DNA from: Nitrospirota bacterium
GTDB lineage: Bacteria > Nitrospirota > Nitrospiria > Nitrospirales > Nitrospiraceae
DNA: 29,900 bases
Direction of reading: 5' to 3'
Assembly (NCBI GenBank): GCA_963703955.1
Contig: CAVPGK010000028.1
Location: 1-29,900 of the forward strand
Positions within the stretch are counted from its first letter, which is position 1. Each line of letters starts with the position of its first letter. The position numbers and the translations under genes are program-made. The notes beneath the pieces were generated by a model, which ran no database searches, was not told the DNA's origin, and saw only the letters and a list, made by a program, of their open reading frames with translations. Shown piece by piece: positions 9,735 to 20,498 of the stretch.

Positions 9735-11222
9735 TCAGCCGGAGCGATTCCGGAAACTCAGCACGTGGAACTCCCACGGATTGAGTTCCACATACAACCC
9801 GGACTCATACAATTCCTTCCCGTCCCGATCGAAGACAACTCCGGTCATGGCATCGGTCAGCCGCCAGGATCGCCCGGCCAGGTCATCCCATGGGACCCGG
9901 ACGCGCGCTTGCGACTGGGAGTCCGATAGATTCACGACGATCAGGTGGCGATCCTCACCCTTCCGCCAACACCACGCGACCAGATTCTGGTAGCTGGCGT
10001 TGTCCGGCCACCCGGTCCGCTCACACAGGCTCCACGTCCCGTCCTTGAAGACGCTGCGATTGATGGCCTTTAACAGGCGGCGGTAAAAGTCCTGCAGATC
10101 CTTATCGGTCGGCTCATCCGGACGTCGCCTGAGAAAGACCGGAAGCCTCACGCGCCGCCCCTCGAATTGCCCCTCATGGAAGAGCTTGGCGCCCGGCAGG
10201 GTCGCCACCGTCACGGCGGCCGCTCGCGCTTCTGCCGGTGTAAACGTCGCGGCGGCCCGCGGCTCGTCGTGATTCTCGATGAACCGGACGAGCTTCTCTT
10301 GATAGGCGAGATCGGCGCAGAGATGCAGCCGCACGGTTTCCGCCAGATCGTGTTCCAGGCGATCGTACAGCCGCTTATCGTAGCAATAGTCAAAGCCCTG
10401 CTGTTGTAACTCCCATTCCAGGTCCCAGTAGGCTTCCGCAATAAAGAGCACCTCCGGGTGCTGCTTCCGCACCGCCTGGATCACGTCCGGCCAGTACTCG
10501 GTCTCGGGCCGTGGCCCGGCCCGACCTCCCCAGGTCCGTTCGAAAATCGAATTCATCATGAGCATGGACATATCGCACCGCATGCCGTCGCATTGCCCGG
10601 CGATCGAGCTTACAGTCTGAATGGCAGCCTTGCGCAAGCCTGGACTAAACGCGTTGAGCTGGACCACATCAGGCCAGGGCGGAAAGAACGGGTCTCGCCC
10701 GAAGGCCAGGATTTTTCCGCCGGCGTCGAAAAACTCGCCGGGCGCGCGAGCCAAATCTTCGGCGTTTCCCTGAATGAAGTAATCGGGATGCTCCAAGGCC
10801 CATGGATGATCCGGAGCGACATGATTCGGTACAAAATCCAAGACCAGACGCATGCCGTGCGCGGCCAGCATTCTTCTGGCCGCGGCCAATCCTTCCGGCC
10901 CGCCGAGGTGCTGGTCCACCACGTATCGGCGGACACAATAGGGCGAGCCCACGATATCGTCCTGGGTGAAGTCGGGTAGGACTCGGCGGAACTCGCTTTG
11001 AAACCCGTCGTTCCGCCTCGCGATCGCAATGCCGGCCGGGCTCCGCTCCCACACACCCATGAACCACACGGCATCGACGCCGAGCGACGCCAGACCATCC
11101 CACTCCTGCGCCGGGATGTTGCCCAGATGGATGGGGCGCCGCTCGCGCCGGCTCAGCTCGTAGAGCCAGACCCAGGTATTGATGAGATAGATACTGGGAC
11201 GTCGAGGCCAGGCTGTGGACAT
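9735..11222 (-). CDS. Alpha-amylase family (GH13) glycoside hydrolase
   Basis: GH13 regions LDFVPNH, DGMRCDM, FIAEAYW and FIENHDE; uninterrupted ORF. Confidence 0.9.
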   Translation of the reverse strand: MSTAWPRRPSIYLINTWVWLYELSRRERRPIHLGNIPAQEWDGLASLGVDAVWFMGVWERSPAGIAIARRNDGFQSEFRRVLPDFTQDDIVGSPYCVRRYVVDQHLGGPEGLAAARRMLAAHGMRLVLDFVPNHVAPDHPWALEHPDYFIQGNAEDLARAPGEFFDAGGKILAFGRDPFFPPWPDVVQLNAFSPGLRKAAIQTVSSIAGQCDGMRCDMSMLMMNSIFERTWGGRAGPRPETEYWPDVIQAVRKQHPEVLFIAEAYWDLEWELQQQGFDYCYDKRLYDRLEHDLAETVRLHLCADLAYQEKLVRFIENHDEPRAAATFTPAEARAAAVTVATLPGAKLFHEGQFEGRRVRLPVFLRRRPDEPTDKDLQDFYRRLLKAINRSVFKDGTWSLCERTGWPDNASYQNLVAWCWRKGEDRHLIVVNLSDSQSQARVRVPWDDLAGRSWRLTDAMTGVVFDRDGKELYESGLYVELNPWEFHVLSFRNRSG

Positions 11223-11246
11223 CACGCTTCTCCTTCTTTCTGCATG

Positions 11247-14031
11247 CTACGCCTTGATTTTCGCCGGTTGTTCTTGCTGTCGGTCCGCAGGGGAAGGTTT
11301 CTTCTGCGTGACAGCAACGGCGGCCGCACCCTTCTGAAGCCATTCCTTCTCAGTCAAACCTCCAAAGAGCAGGATCATGGCGCCCACCAGACCGGTCCAG
11401 CCGGTCTGATGGCTCGCGCCGAGGCCGGCTCCGTTGTCACCGTGGAAGTACTCGTAGAACAGAATGTGATCGCGCCAGTGCGGATCGGTCTGGAACTTCG
11501 TCGAGCCGCCGTAGACGGGACGCTGTCCCTGCTTGTCGCGCAGGAAGATCGAGATGAGTCTATTGGCGAGCTCTCGAGCGACCTCAAACAGGCTCATGTG
11601 CTTGCCGGACCCGGTGGGGCATTCCACTTTGAACTCCTCCCCGTAGTACAGAGAAAGGTGGAGCAACGCCCGAATGAGCAGGATGTTGACCGGCGACCAG
11701 ATGGGACCACGCCAGTTGGAATTCCCACCAAACATGCCGTTGTTGGATTCCGCCGGCAGATACCCGACGCGGTACTCTTGGCCGTGCACGTGGAACACAT
11801 AGGGATGCTCCAGGTGATGGCGCGAGAGCGCGCGAATCCCATACGAACTGAGGAACCGGCTTTCATCGAGCATGCGGGCCAGGACCCGGCGAAGCTTGGT
11901 CTCGTTAAGGACCGAGAAGAGCCGCCGTCCCGCCACTCCGGGCTTCGTCGGCGGCGCGATATTTGCGAACAGATCCGGGTTTCGGCTATGAAATCGACGA
12001 GCGTGGGCCGCCGCTTTGGGGAACCGGTCGACGAACTCCTCCGGTATCACGGTGGTCGCGCACAGGGGCAGCAGGCCCACCATCGAGCGAACCTTCGATC
12101 CGCATCGCGCTCCCATCCGGCATGCGGAGCAGATCATAGAAGAATCCATCTTCCTCGTCCCACATTTCGTCTTGATGCTCCCCCACCCGATCCATCGATC
12201 CCGCAATGCGGAAGAAATGCTCGACGAATTTGCTGGCCATGTCTTCATAGATCGGATCCGTGAGGGCGAGCTCGAGCGCAATTTGCAGCATGTTCTGGCT
12301 GAACAAGCCCATCCACGCCGTCCCGTCCGCCTGCTCAAGGTTGCCGCCGGTCGGCAGGGGGGCGCTCCGGTCGAAGACGCCGATGTTGTCCAGACCGAGA
12401 AACCCTCCTTCGAACACGTTTCGTCCCGTCGGGTCCTTACGGTTGACCCACCAGGTGAAGTTCAGCAGCAGCTTCTGAAAGGCGTGCTCAAGGAACTTCG
12501 ATGTCGCCTTGCCCGCGCCGTTGCATTTCCATCTGGTAGACAAAGATCGTGGCCCAGGCGTGGACGGGCGGATTGACGTCGCCGAAGTTCCATTCGTAGG
12601 CCGGAATCTGTCCATTCGGATGTAGGTAGATTTCCCGCAGCATCAGGTCGAGCTGCTGCTTGGCGAAATCCGGGTCGACAATGGACAAGGCCACCGTGTG
12701 GAATGCCAGGTCCCAGGCCGCATACCAGGGGTACTCCCACTTGTCGGGCATCGAGATGACGTCGTCGTTGACCATGTGGAACCATTGCTGGTTGCGGATG
12801 TTCTGAGACCTGACGGCCGCCCGCGATGTCGCTGCCGTGTTCCTCGCAGCCACTGTTCAATGTCAAAGTAGTAGTATTGCTTGCGTCCACAACATGCCCG
12901 CGAGGGCTTGTCGCATGACGTTCCGCGCGTCTTCTCCCACTGAGGGCGGTGTGATGGCTTGGTAAAACTCATCGGCTTCGCGCAGCCGCGTCGCGAAGGC
13001 ATCATCGAAGCGTTTGCCGAACGGCTCGTTCGCCGCTTTCGGCTGCAACGCAGGAGCAGTCTCAGACAGACGGAGGCGGATGACCGCCGTCTCGCCGCCG
13101 CCCACCTCGATCTGGTAGTGGGCGGACGCCTTCGTGCCGATCTTCTCCGGATTGACCGCCTCGGTTCGACCGTGTACGACGTAGTTGTTGATCCCATCTT
13201 TGACATAGGGCGTGCGGTTGGGAGCCGGAAGAGGCGTTCCGAGTTCGTTTCATTCTCGGTGAACAGCAACTGGGGCTCGCCCTCGCAGTACAGGAACCGG
13301 TCTCCCAGAGCCTTATCTGACGGCCGCAATGATCCCGGCGCTTTTCGGCCACTGACCTGCTTCAGCGACGGTCTCGTGGCTGCCTTCGCCCCATGACCAG
13401 GTATTCCGGAACCACAAGGTCGGCAGCACGTGGATCGTCGCCGCGCTCGCTCCCCGATTGACAAGGAGATCTTGATAAGCACCTCCTCCGGGGAGTCCTT
13501 GGCATATTCGACGAACACATCGAAGTAGCGGTCCTCGTTGAAGATCCCGGTGTCGAGCAGCTCGTACTCCAGTTCCTCCCGGGTCCGGCTTCGGTTGGTC
13601 TTGACCAGATCGTCGTAGGGATACGCCGCCTGCGGATACTTGTACAGGTATTTCATGTAGGAGTGGGTCGGCGTGCTGTCGAGGTAGAAATAATACTCTT
13701 TGACATCCTCGCCGTGGTTCGCTTCGCTGTTGGTAAGTCCGAAGAGACGCTCCTTCAAAATCGGGTCCTTGCCGTTCCACAGCGCGAGCGCAAAGCAGAG
13801 CCGTTGCTTGTCGTCCGAGAGCCCTGCGAGCCCGTCTTCGCCCCAGCGGTAGGCGCGAGACCGCGCCTGGTCATGGGTAAAGTAATCCCAGGCGTCGCCG
13901 TTGTCGCTGTAGTCCTCGCGCACGGTTCCCCATTGCCGCTCGCTCAGGTACGGGCCCCACTTCTTCCACGGTCTGTCTTGTTCACGGGCTTCGGTCAGGC
14001 GTTTGTGCTCGTTCGTCTCCACGGGATTCAT
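11247..14031 (-). CDS. MGH1/GH63-like glucosidase with multiple frameshifts (assembly error or pseudogene)
   Basis: Conserved blocks spread over frames: [116 protein letters not shown]. Confidence 0.88.
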
Positions 14032-14181
14032 GGTGTTCTCCTTACTCTCATGATATGAGGTGTAGGTAGATGTATGTACTTTCCTTGTTTCTTGCGCTCT
14101 TTTATCCCAAATTCAGTCGTAATGCAAGTGATACAAATAGTGCAAAAACGCCCTGACGACTTCCCTTCAAATTACGTTCTC

Positions 14182-14622
14182 TTACGCCGCTTTCACATCT
14201 GACGTGCAATGGGCACACCGAGTGGCCCTCAGAGGAATTTCGGATAGGCAATACGGACACGGCTTGCTCGTCTTCGCTGCGGGCTCTTGGGGTTTTCTTG
14301 TCCACGCATTCACCTGGCGGATCAGTAAGAAGATGGCGAACGCCACGATCACGAAATCCAGAATCGCTTGAAGAAACACCCCGTAGTTGATCGTCGGGGC
14401 CCCGGCTGCTTTCGCTGCGCTCAAGGAGGGATATGATGCCCCTGAGAGATTGATGAACAGACTGGAGAAATCCACCTTGCCGAGCAACAGTCCAAGCGGG
14501 GGCATCAGAACGTCGCTGACAAACGAGCTGACGATTTTCCCGAATGCGGCGCCGATAATGATGCCCACAGCCATGTCCAGTACATTGCCTCGCATGGCGA
14601 AGTCTTTGAACTCTTTCAGCAT
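14182..14622 (-). CDS. mscL: Large-conductance mechanosensitive channel with C-terminal CxxC..CxxC
   Basis: [51 protein letters not shown] before 14622. Confidence 0.95.
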   Translation of the reverse strand: MLKEFKDFAMRGNVLDMAVGIIIGAAFGKIVSSFVSDVLMPPLGLLLGKVDFSSLFINLSGASYPSLSAAKAAGAPTINYGVFLQAILDFVIVAFAIFLLIRQVNAWTRKPQEPAAKTSKPCPYCLSEIPLRATRCAHCTSDVKAA

Positions 14623-14910
14623 GACTACCTCCCGGTTGGATTTAAGACCATGGACCCCCGGCATCCTCCCACCCGAGCAACCGACCTTTCGTTCCTGTTG
14701 TTGATACCTTGCGCGCGCTTCGACATCATGACTCGCCTCTTCTCACACTTCAAGGTATAAACCGCCTTTCTGGGAGGTCGTCTCGTGTCTGCCCTCAATG
14801 AGAACACCTGGCAGGTCGTCTTATCGACACTATCAACTTTGCAACGTTTCGGGTGGTGCAGGCAGGTACGGAGGCAGAGTGTAGCCCTAGACCGGCGGAA
14901 ATTCCGTCAA

Positions 14911-15726
14911 TTATCGACGGCGACCAAAATACCCACCCCCGTAAAAGCGTGGGCCGTAGAACCGCGGACCATAGAAGCGAGGGCCGTAAAACGGATAGCC
15001 ATAGTAGTATCGTGGAACGCCAAAGAAGAAGGATAATCCGGGTGACGGATAGTAATACCCAGGGAAATATCCGGGATAGACCGGTGGCTGCACGTACACG
15101 GCTGGGGGTGGGGTAGTCGCTTGCCCCTCATCAAGTCTTCGTTGGACATCACTGCTTGCCGCTGCCTGTCGATCGATCTGCTCACGGAGTTGCCCGAGCA
15201 TACCCTTCTGTGTCTTGAGCTCCTCCTCGATTCGTCCCGTCTTGCTTTGTTGCATCTCGATGTAGGCATAGAGACAATTCAGGTGAGCATCTCCGGTATA
15301 GGCGCGACATTCCTGGGGAGAACGGAAGCTAGGGGCGGAAGCGGCAACAGATGGATGGGAAGAAGCCAAGGTTGAGTTGGCCGGTTGGGGAGCATCCGTC
15401 CGATCGGCAAGGTTCTGTTCCATTTCATCCGCTGCAGACGCCTGCCGGTCGATCTGCTCCGGGTGTTCGAGTCTCTTTTTCTGTTTGTTGAACGCCTCAT
15501 CGACTTTTCCGGCGTTTTCCTCCAGCATGTCAATGTAGCCGTACAAGCAGTGGAGGTGGGTCTCGCCTGTTGAGCCCTGACATTCCTGAGGAGGACGGAA
15601 CCCACCGGCCTGGGTAACGCCGTTCGAGGCGAAGAGACTGACCCAGAAAACCATCGCCAGGAGTCCGACCAAAGACAATCCGGTTGTCTGTAATCGTTCT
15701 GGTTCGGTGGGTTTGAGCCTTCTCAT
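14911..15726 (-). CDS. Hypothetical exported protein with a duplicated Cys/His module and a Tyr/Gly/Pro-rich tail
   Basis: N-terminal hydrophobic signal; two ~65-aa homologous modules; (YGPRF)3 tail. Confidence 0.75.
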   Translation of the reverse strand: MRRLKPTEPERLQTTGLSLVGLLAMVFWVSLFASNGVTQAGGFRPPQECQGSTGETHLHCLYGYIDMLEENAGKVDEAFNKQKKRLEHPEQIDRQASAADEMEQNLADRTDAPQPANSTLASSHPSVAASAPSFRSPQECRAYTGDAHLNCLYAYIEMQQSKTGRIEEELKTQKGMLGQLREQIDRQAAASSDVQRRLDEGQATTPPPAVYVQPPVYPGYFPGYYYPSPGLSFFFGVPRYYYGYPFYGPRFYGPRFYGPRFYGGGYFGRRR

Positions 15727-16217
15727 GGCACGTCCCCGAGACTCAGTTAGGGCGCCAACTAGAGTCGCAATCCTACTCTTACCTATAGCGTACCACGCAG
15801 TGAAGTGTTGACGCTAGGAACAACCAGACCGTGAGTGCGACGGGACTTTCTACATTCTGATCGACGGGGCCATGGATTGATCGTTAATCCGATGCCTAAC
15901 TCACCCCAATATCTGATGCTTCCCGATTCCCCGATCACTTTGATCGTCCTCTTGCTTAGTGCAGTGCTTGCAGTCGGCTACCTTCTCCACAAGATCTGAT
16001 CCATCTCTGTCTTGACTCTCTCCTTGATAGAGACCGCTCCCGGTAGACTCTGTAGATTCGTGGCACTTCTCAATGACCGCTTTCTCCCGCTGTCTGTCTT
16101 GGGTATGGACCTTGCCGTTCCATTCAGACCTCAGTCGTACTTCTTCTGAGGAATTGGTGTTGGGGCTTGCTTCCGTTAGAACTCCTCCAAGCCGTTCGCG
16201 CAAGGACCATTCAAACA

Positions 16218-16613
16218 ATGGAACCGAGACAGGACACGCACCGCCACTCGTATTGGGTCCCCGTACTGCTCTGTGTTTGCCTTATCTTGTGGCTATCCTC
16301 AATCCCAAACCGTGAACTGTTAGACCCGCTTCATTCCATCAATCATAGCGATAAAATAGAGCACGCCATGGCCTGTGGGCTACTGACGGTTTTGTGCTAT
16401 CGTGCGTTACGTTCCAGCAATCGTGTCTCCATTGCTCGAAATGCCGGTGCGTTCACCATTCTGTTTGTGCTCAGCTTTGGCCTCATGTGCGAATGGAATC
16501 AGATGTTCGTCCCGTCACGGTCTCCCGATGGGTGGGATGTTGTTGCCAACAGCTTCGGGTCCTTATTCGCAATATGGGCCGCTTCGTTCTTCATATCACC
16601 AACACACCACTGA
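16218..16613 (+). CDS. VanZ family membrane protein
   Basis: ILWLSSIP, SDKIEHAMACGLL and EWNQMFVPSRSPDGWDVVANSFG. Confidence 0.85.
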   Translation: MEPRQDTHRHSYWVPVLLCVCLILWLSSIPNRELLDPLHSINHSDKIEHAMACGLLTVLCYRALRSSNRVSIARNAGAFTILFVLSFGLMCEWNQMFVPSRSPDGWDVVANSFGSLFAIWAASFFISPTHH

Positions 16614-16935
16614 GCTAGCCTGTTCATCCTCTCGTGAGATTCTTAGAACAGTCGCCGGGACATTTCGAAGCCAGACGGTCGCCAATTCTTGACCTAACCG
16701 TGTCAATATCAACGCGTGGGTCTCCGCCAAGACAAAATTCGAGGTGACTAGCCGTCACTCATCGGGGAGTGGTCGGGCTATAATGGGCTTACCTCTCCAG
16801 GGTTCCGCTTGGGTCCCGTATACGTCTCGTGTGGGAAGGGCAAAAGGGCAGGTCACTGTTGCAGAGCCAAAGCTAGATGAGAAAACAGTGAGCGATGATC
16901 GCCTGGACAAGCACCAGTGAAGATGAAAGGAAAGA

Positions 16936-17922
16936 ATGAACCGAGGACGGTCATCTATAGTGCTCGGTGCGCTCCTAGTCCTTGCGTCGGTCTGTCTCTC
17001 GACTCATGCATCGGATGTGAAACCTGGAGGGACGGACGTGGGGAATCCCACCGAATCTCTCACCCCGCTCGAACTGGCGATTACTGTCGATGACCTCCCG
17101 GGGTATGGCGGCAGTCATCCAGGGATGAACCGGCTAGAGATCGTGCGAAAGACGATCGCTGCGTTAAAATCGGCTGATGACGCGGCGATCTATGGGTTCA
17201 GTAATGGTAGCCGTCTCGATCGAGATCCGAATGCAATGGCAGTGTTAAAGACTTGGGTCGATGCAGGGTATTTGCTTGGAAATCACACCTATAGTCATAT
17301 GGATCTTGGCCAAGTATCCGTTGAAAACTTTATTGCGGACATTGAAAAGATGGAGCCCATATTGGCCTTCTTCTCTTCAGCGGGTCCCTGGCCGAAAATG
17401 TTTCGGTATCCTTTTCTCAGTGAGGGAGATACGCTGGAGAAACGGAATGCCGTGCGTGGCTATGTGAGGCGCAAGGGCTATTCCATCGCCCAAGTCACTG
17501 TGAACTACGAAGATTGGGCATGGATAGACGCGTATACGCGATGCGCTGCAAGGCATGACGAGCAGGCCATGAACTGGTTGCGCGCGCAGGTAGTGGCTGC
17601 AGCCCTCCGAGAACTTCGACGTGCGCAAACCCTAGCAAACCGCCTGATTGGACGGGATATCAAGCATATCTTGGTTCTCCACTTGGGGGCCTTCAATGCC
17701 GTGTCATTACCGGACGTGCTCAAGGCGTTCAAAGCTGACGGGGTACGGTTCATCAGTTTGCAGACTGCACTGGGAGATGAGGTTTACGAGCTCAATCCGA
17801 ACGTGCCGATGTCAACGACCTTGACGTTTTTGGCGCAACTGGCCCTGCGGAAAGGGATTGAAGACCCTTCAGATAATCGGATTACTACCGTTGAGGGGTT
17901 GCAGAGAATGTGTATCCAGTGA
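16936..17922 (+). CDS. Polysaccharide deacetylase (CE4/NodB homology), exported
   Basis: ITVDDLP, GNHTYSH, FRYPFL and ILVLH motifs; signal peptide; AAGGA RBS. Confidence 0.88.
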   Translation: MNRGRSSIVLGALLVLASVCLSTHASDVKPGGTDVGNPTESLTPLELAITVDDLPGYGGSHPGMNRLEIVRKTIAALKSADDAAIYGFSNGSRLDRDPNAMAVLKTWVDAGYLLGNHTYSHMDLGQVSVENFIADIEKMEPILAFFSSAGPWPKMFRYPFLSEGDTLEKRNAVRGYVRRKGYSIAQVTVNYEDWAWIDAYTRCAARHDEQAMNWLRAQVVAAALRELRRAQTLANRLIGRDIKHILVLHLGAFNAVSLPDVLKAFKADGVRFISLQTALGDEVYELNPNVPMSTTLTFLAQLALRKGIEDPSDNRITTVEGLQRMCIQ

Positions 17923-18075
17923 CTCATCCCCCTTCACATCCCCCAGGTCGTTGAGTGTTCTAAGGGTATAGGAAAGAGCTGCAAAACTCTATACGCCTGG
18001 TTTGTCTGATGTGAGGAAGGGTGACGAGATGGCGAGCTCAATCAGCCTGGTCGATTTCGAAACGGTTGAATAGTG

Positions 18076-18118
18076 TGGAGCCGGCGACTGGGCTCGAACC
18101 GACCTGCGGTTTACGAAT
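18076..18118 (-). repeat. Displaced degenerate tRNA-Thr(CGT) 3' half (att site)
   Basis: Minus strand ATTCGTAAACCGCAGGTC-GGTTCGAGCCCAGTCGCCGGCTCCA; 24/25 identical to 29873-29897; begins at the anticodon loop TTCGTAA. Confidence 0.85.
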
Positions 18119-18340
18119 TTCAGCATGGTCCTCCCTCAGACAACCTAACACCACAAGAAGCCACAAACCCGGACACTCCCGACAGGGGGCGAGATGGGGT
18201 TTTGTCCTGCCCTGGTAGCAGCGTGGTAGCAGACTCGGATGGCGAGAAACAGGATAAATTATGAGGCACTTAGTCAATACACTGTCTTGCTGGAGCGATT
18301 GGCATGGGAGGCAGCAGAGCGAACAAGAAGCATTCCATTT

Positions 18341-18811
18341 CTAGAGGCCCAGGTCCGAGAGCCCTGGATGCCCATCTGGACGACGCCCCAGCGGCCAGTG
18401 ATACTTGCGCTCCGACTCCTTTATAGGCAGGTCGTTGATGCTGGCGATGCGGCGCCGCATGTAACCGTGATCGTCGAATTCCCAGTTTTCGTTGCCGTAA
18501 GCCCGAAACCAATTACCGGCATCGTCATGCCACTCATAGGCAAACCTGACGGCAATCCGATTACCCTGAAACGCCCACAGCTCCTTGATAAGGCGATAGT
18601 CTAACTCCTTGTTCCATTTGCGGGTCAAAAACTGCACGATCGCTTCGCGCCCGGCAAAGAACTCCACGCGGTTACGCCAGACACTGTCTGGTGAATAGGC
18701 TAACGCGACTCGTTGAGGATCACGAGTGTTCCAGGCATCTTCGGCGATCCGGACTTTTTGGGCAGCGGTCGCCGCGTCGAATGGGGGTAGTGGTGGCCTT
18801 GGTGCTTCCAT
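18341..18811 (-). CDS. DUF1348 family (NTF2/SnoaL-like) protein
   Basis: [41 protein letters not shown] and [10 protein letters not shown]. Confidence 0.9.
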   Translation of the reverse strand: MEAPRPPLPPFDAATAAQKVRIAEDAWNTRDPQRVALAYSPDSVWRNRVEFFAGREAIVQFLTRKWNKELDYRLIKELWAFQGNRIAVRFAYEWHDDAGNWFRAYGNENWEFDDHGYMRRRIASINDLPIKESERKYHWPLGRRPDGHPGLSDLGL

Positions 18812-19232
18812 GTTGCTGCTACCGCGACATCATAAAGAAAGTTTTCCAAGCGTTCAACGAGGCAAGTGACCTGACCGGCAGTTTTTAGTTTGCTGCCTCT
18901 CGAAATCGCTTGAGAAGGCCGGAGGTGTCAGCCCTGCTACCTGCAAGAGCAGTTGGGCCGCGCGACGACTGAACTGACGGTCTCGACCTATGGACGATGG
19001 CCGAAAAAGAAAGCGCCAGGCGCACTGGATAGACTCGACGATGTGCGGATTGTTAGGTAAACAAGATCCTTGCATCTTGCGACAGGCACGTGTTGGATAT
19101 GCAATGCAGCAATGCCAAGGAAGAGAGGGTTCGTCATGTGGAGCAACGCGCTCTTCCGTCGTTCTCCCCGGTTGACAGCGCCGATGTGATGGGGTAGGTA
19201 GTGTGCCACCACGAAGACACAAAAGGCAAACC

Positions 19233-19905
19233 ATGTCTACCTCGGCACGACTGTCGATAGTGGGAGCCCTCAGCTTTTTTAGCGATGGAGTGTGATGCCC
19301 TCCGCTAGCAGCATCACCATTGAATCAGGTTTTATTCGTGCCTCAACACGATTCGACATGGAGCCGCGCTTTAGTTTGTCCGGTCGAGACTTTCATTTGT
19401 CAGGGGCCGCTCCCACCGGGGAACTGTCACGCCCCAGCGTCCTCAATGGCACCATAGGGCAGCCATTTACCTTAGCCACGACGGTAAACTTTTCCTCGTT
19501 CCCTTGTTGCTTGATTCCAGAGGGTGGCCCGATTCCCTATCAGCTCATCTATCAAGGTGTGACTTACGAACATCCATTACGTCAAGGTCCTAGTGCCGCA
19601 ACTTATCGAGGGATCTTCCGCTTTGCAGCCTCCTTCCCTAACCTGGAAGCCGGGGGTTTGCCGTTCCCAAGCAACTTCGGGGACTTCAGCTTCAGTGGCA
19701 ACGTCATTGGGCCGTTTGGGGAGTTAATCCTGGAAGGTCGCGGCGTCGCGACTGCCACCTTTGCTACTTTCGGCGGTGGCATCGGTCAGCTCAATAGTTT
19801 CAACCTGGAGTTCGCCCCGATACCAGAGCCAGCGACCCCGCCTTAGTAGCGAATTACTGCTCTAGGGGAGGTCTCACCTTGGCGAAGGGCCTTCGGCAAA
19901 CGCGA
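19233..19905 (+). pseudogene. PEP-CTERM sorting-domain protein with disrupted signal peptide and TM tail
   Basis: Core ORF 19292-19846 ends APIPEPAT. Hydrophobic (ALVA/ITALG) and basic (WRRAFGKR) remnants follow the break. Signal-like MSTSARLSIVGALSF starts at 19233 in another frame. Confidence 0.65.
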
Positions 19906-20498
19906 AGGTTCGAACAAGTTCACAAGCACAGGCGCACTCATTTCCCTTTCGGCAGGATTCCCTTCCACTCCACTGCGATTGCCTTCGTCGTTCGGTCTCT
20001 AAATCATGGCAAGAGGCTGTAACGAGCCCTGGCCATCCTCTTCTCTTAAAGCGCCTCGCGCTGCATGGGCAAAAAGGGGAACTGCGGGCAAGAGCTGGCG
20101 GGGAGACGATCTATCGGGGTCTGAGGGGTATTGTCCTCGTCGTTGATCGGTTCGACATGGCCACTTGAAAATTCTGCCTTCTATCAAATCATTAAGCGAA
20201 CAGACTAAGCCCACAGGAAAAGGGCAATTGGTAGGAGCACCGCTAACCAGAGGATGCTTGCGACAAGAAGACCCATGAGAATTCCGCGTGCGGGGGCAAG
20301 GGTGTCTGAATACACAAACTGAGAGGACAGCATGTCATTGCGGTGGGCCATGATCTGCTTTCGCATGATCCACCCGATTATCGCCAGGAGCTATGCGTTT
20401 ACAAAGACAAACAACACGGCAACCAGACAGGATGAACCCCCACGCCAACGGCCCGAATCGGATGATACATCAAGGGGCTAGGGTCACTGGCGGGGCCC

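Noticed and set aside
10998..12263. 421-aa + strand ORF and similar long antisense ORFs (26066-26854, 25268-26038, 8792-9418)
   Set aside because: Shadow frames of well-supported genes in GC-rich DNA, with no motifs.
19080..19115. sigma54 promoter expected before the PEP-CTERM gene
   Set aside because: GGCACG and TGC are present but not at GG-N10-GC spacing.
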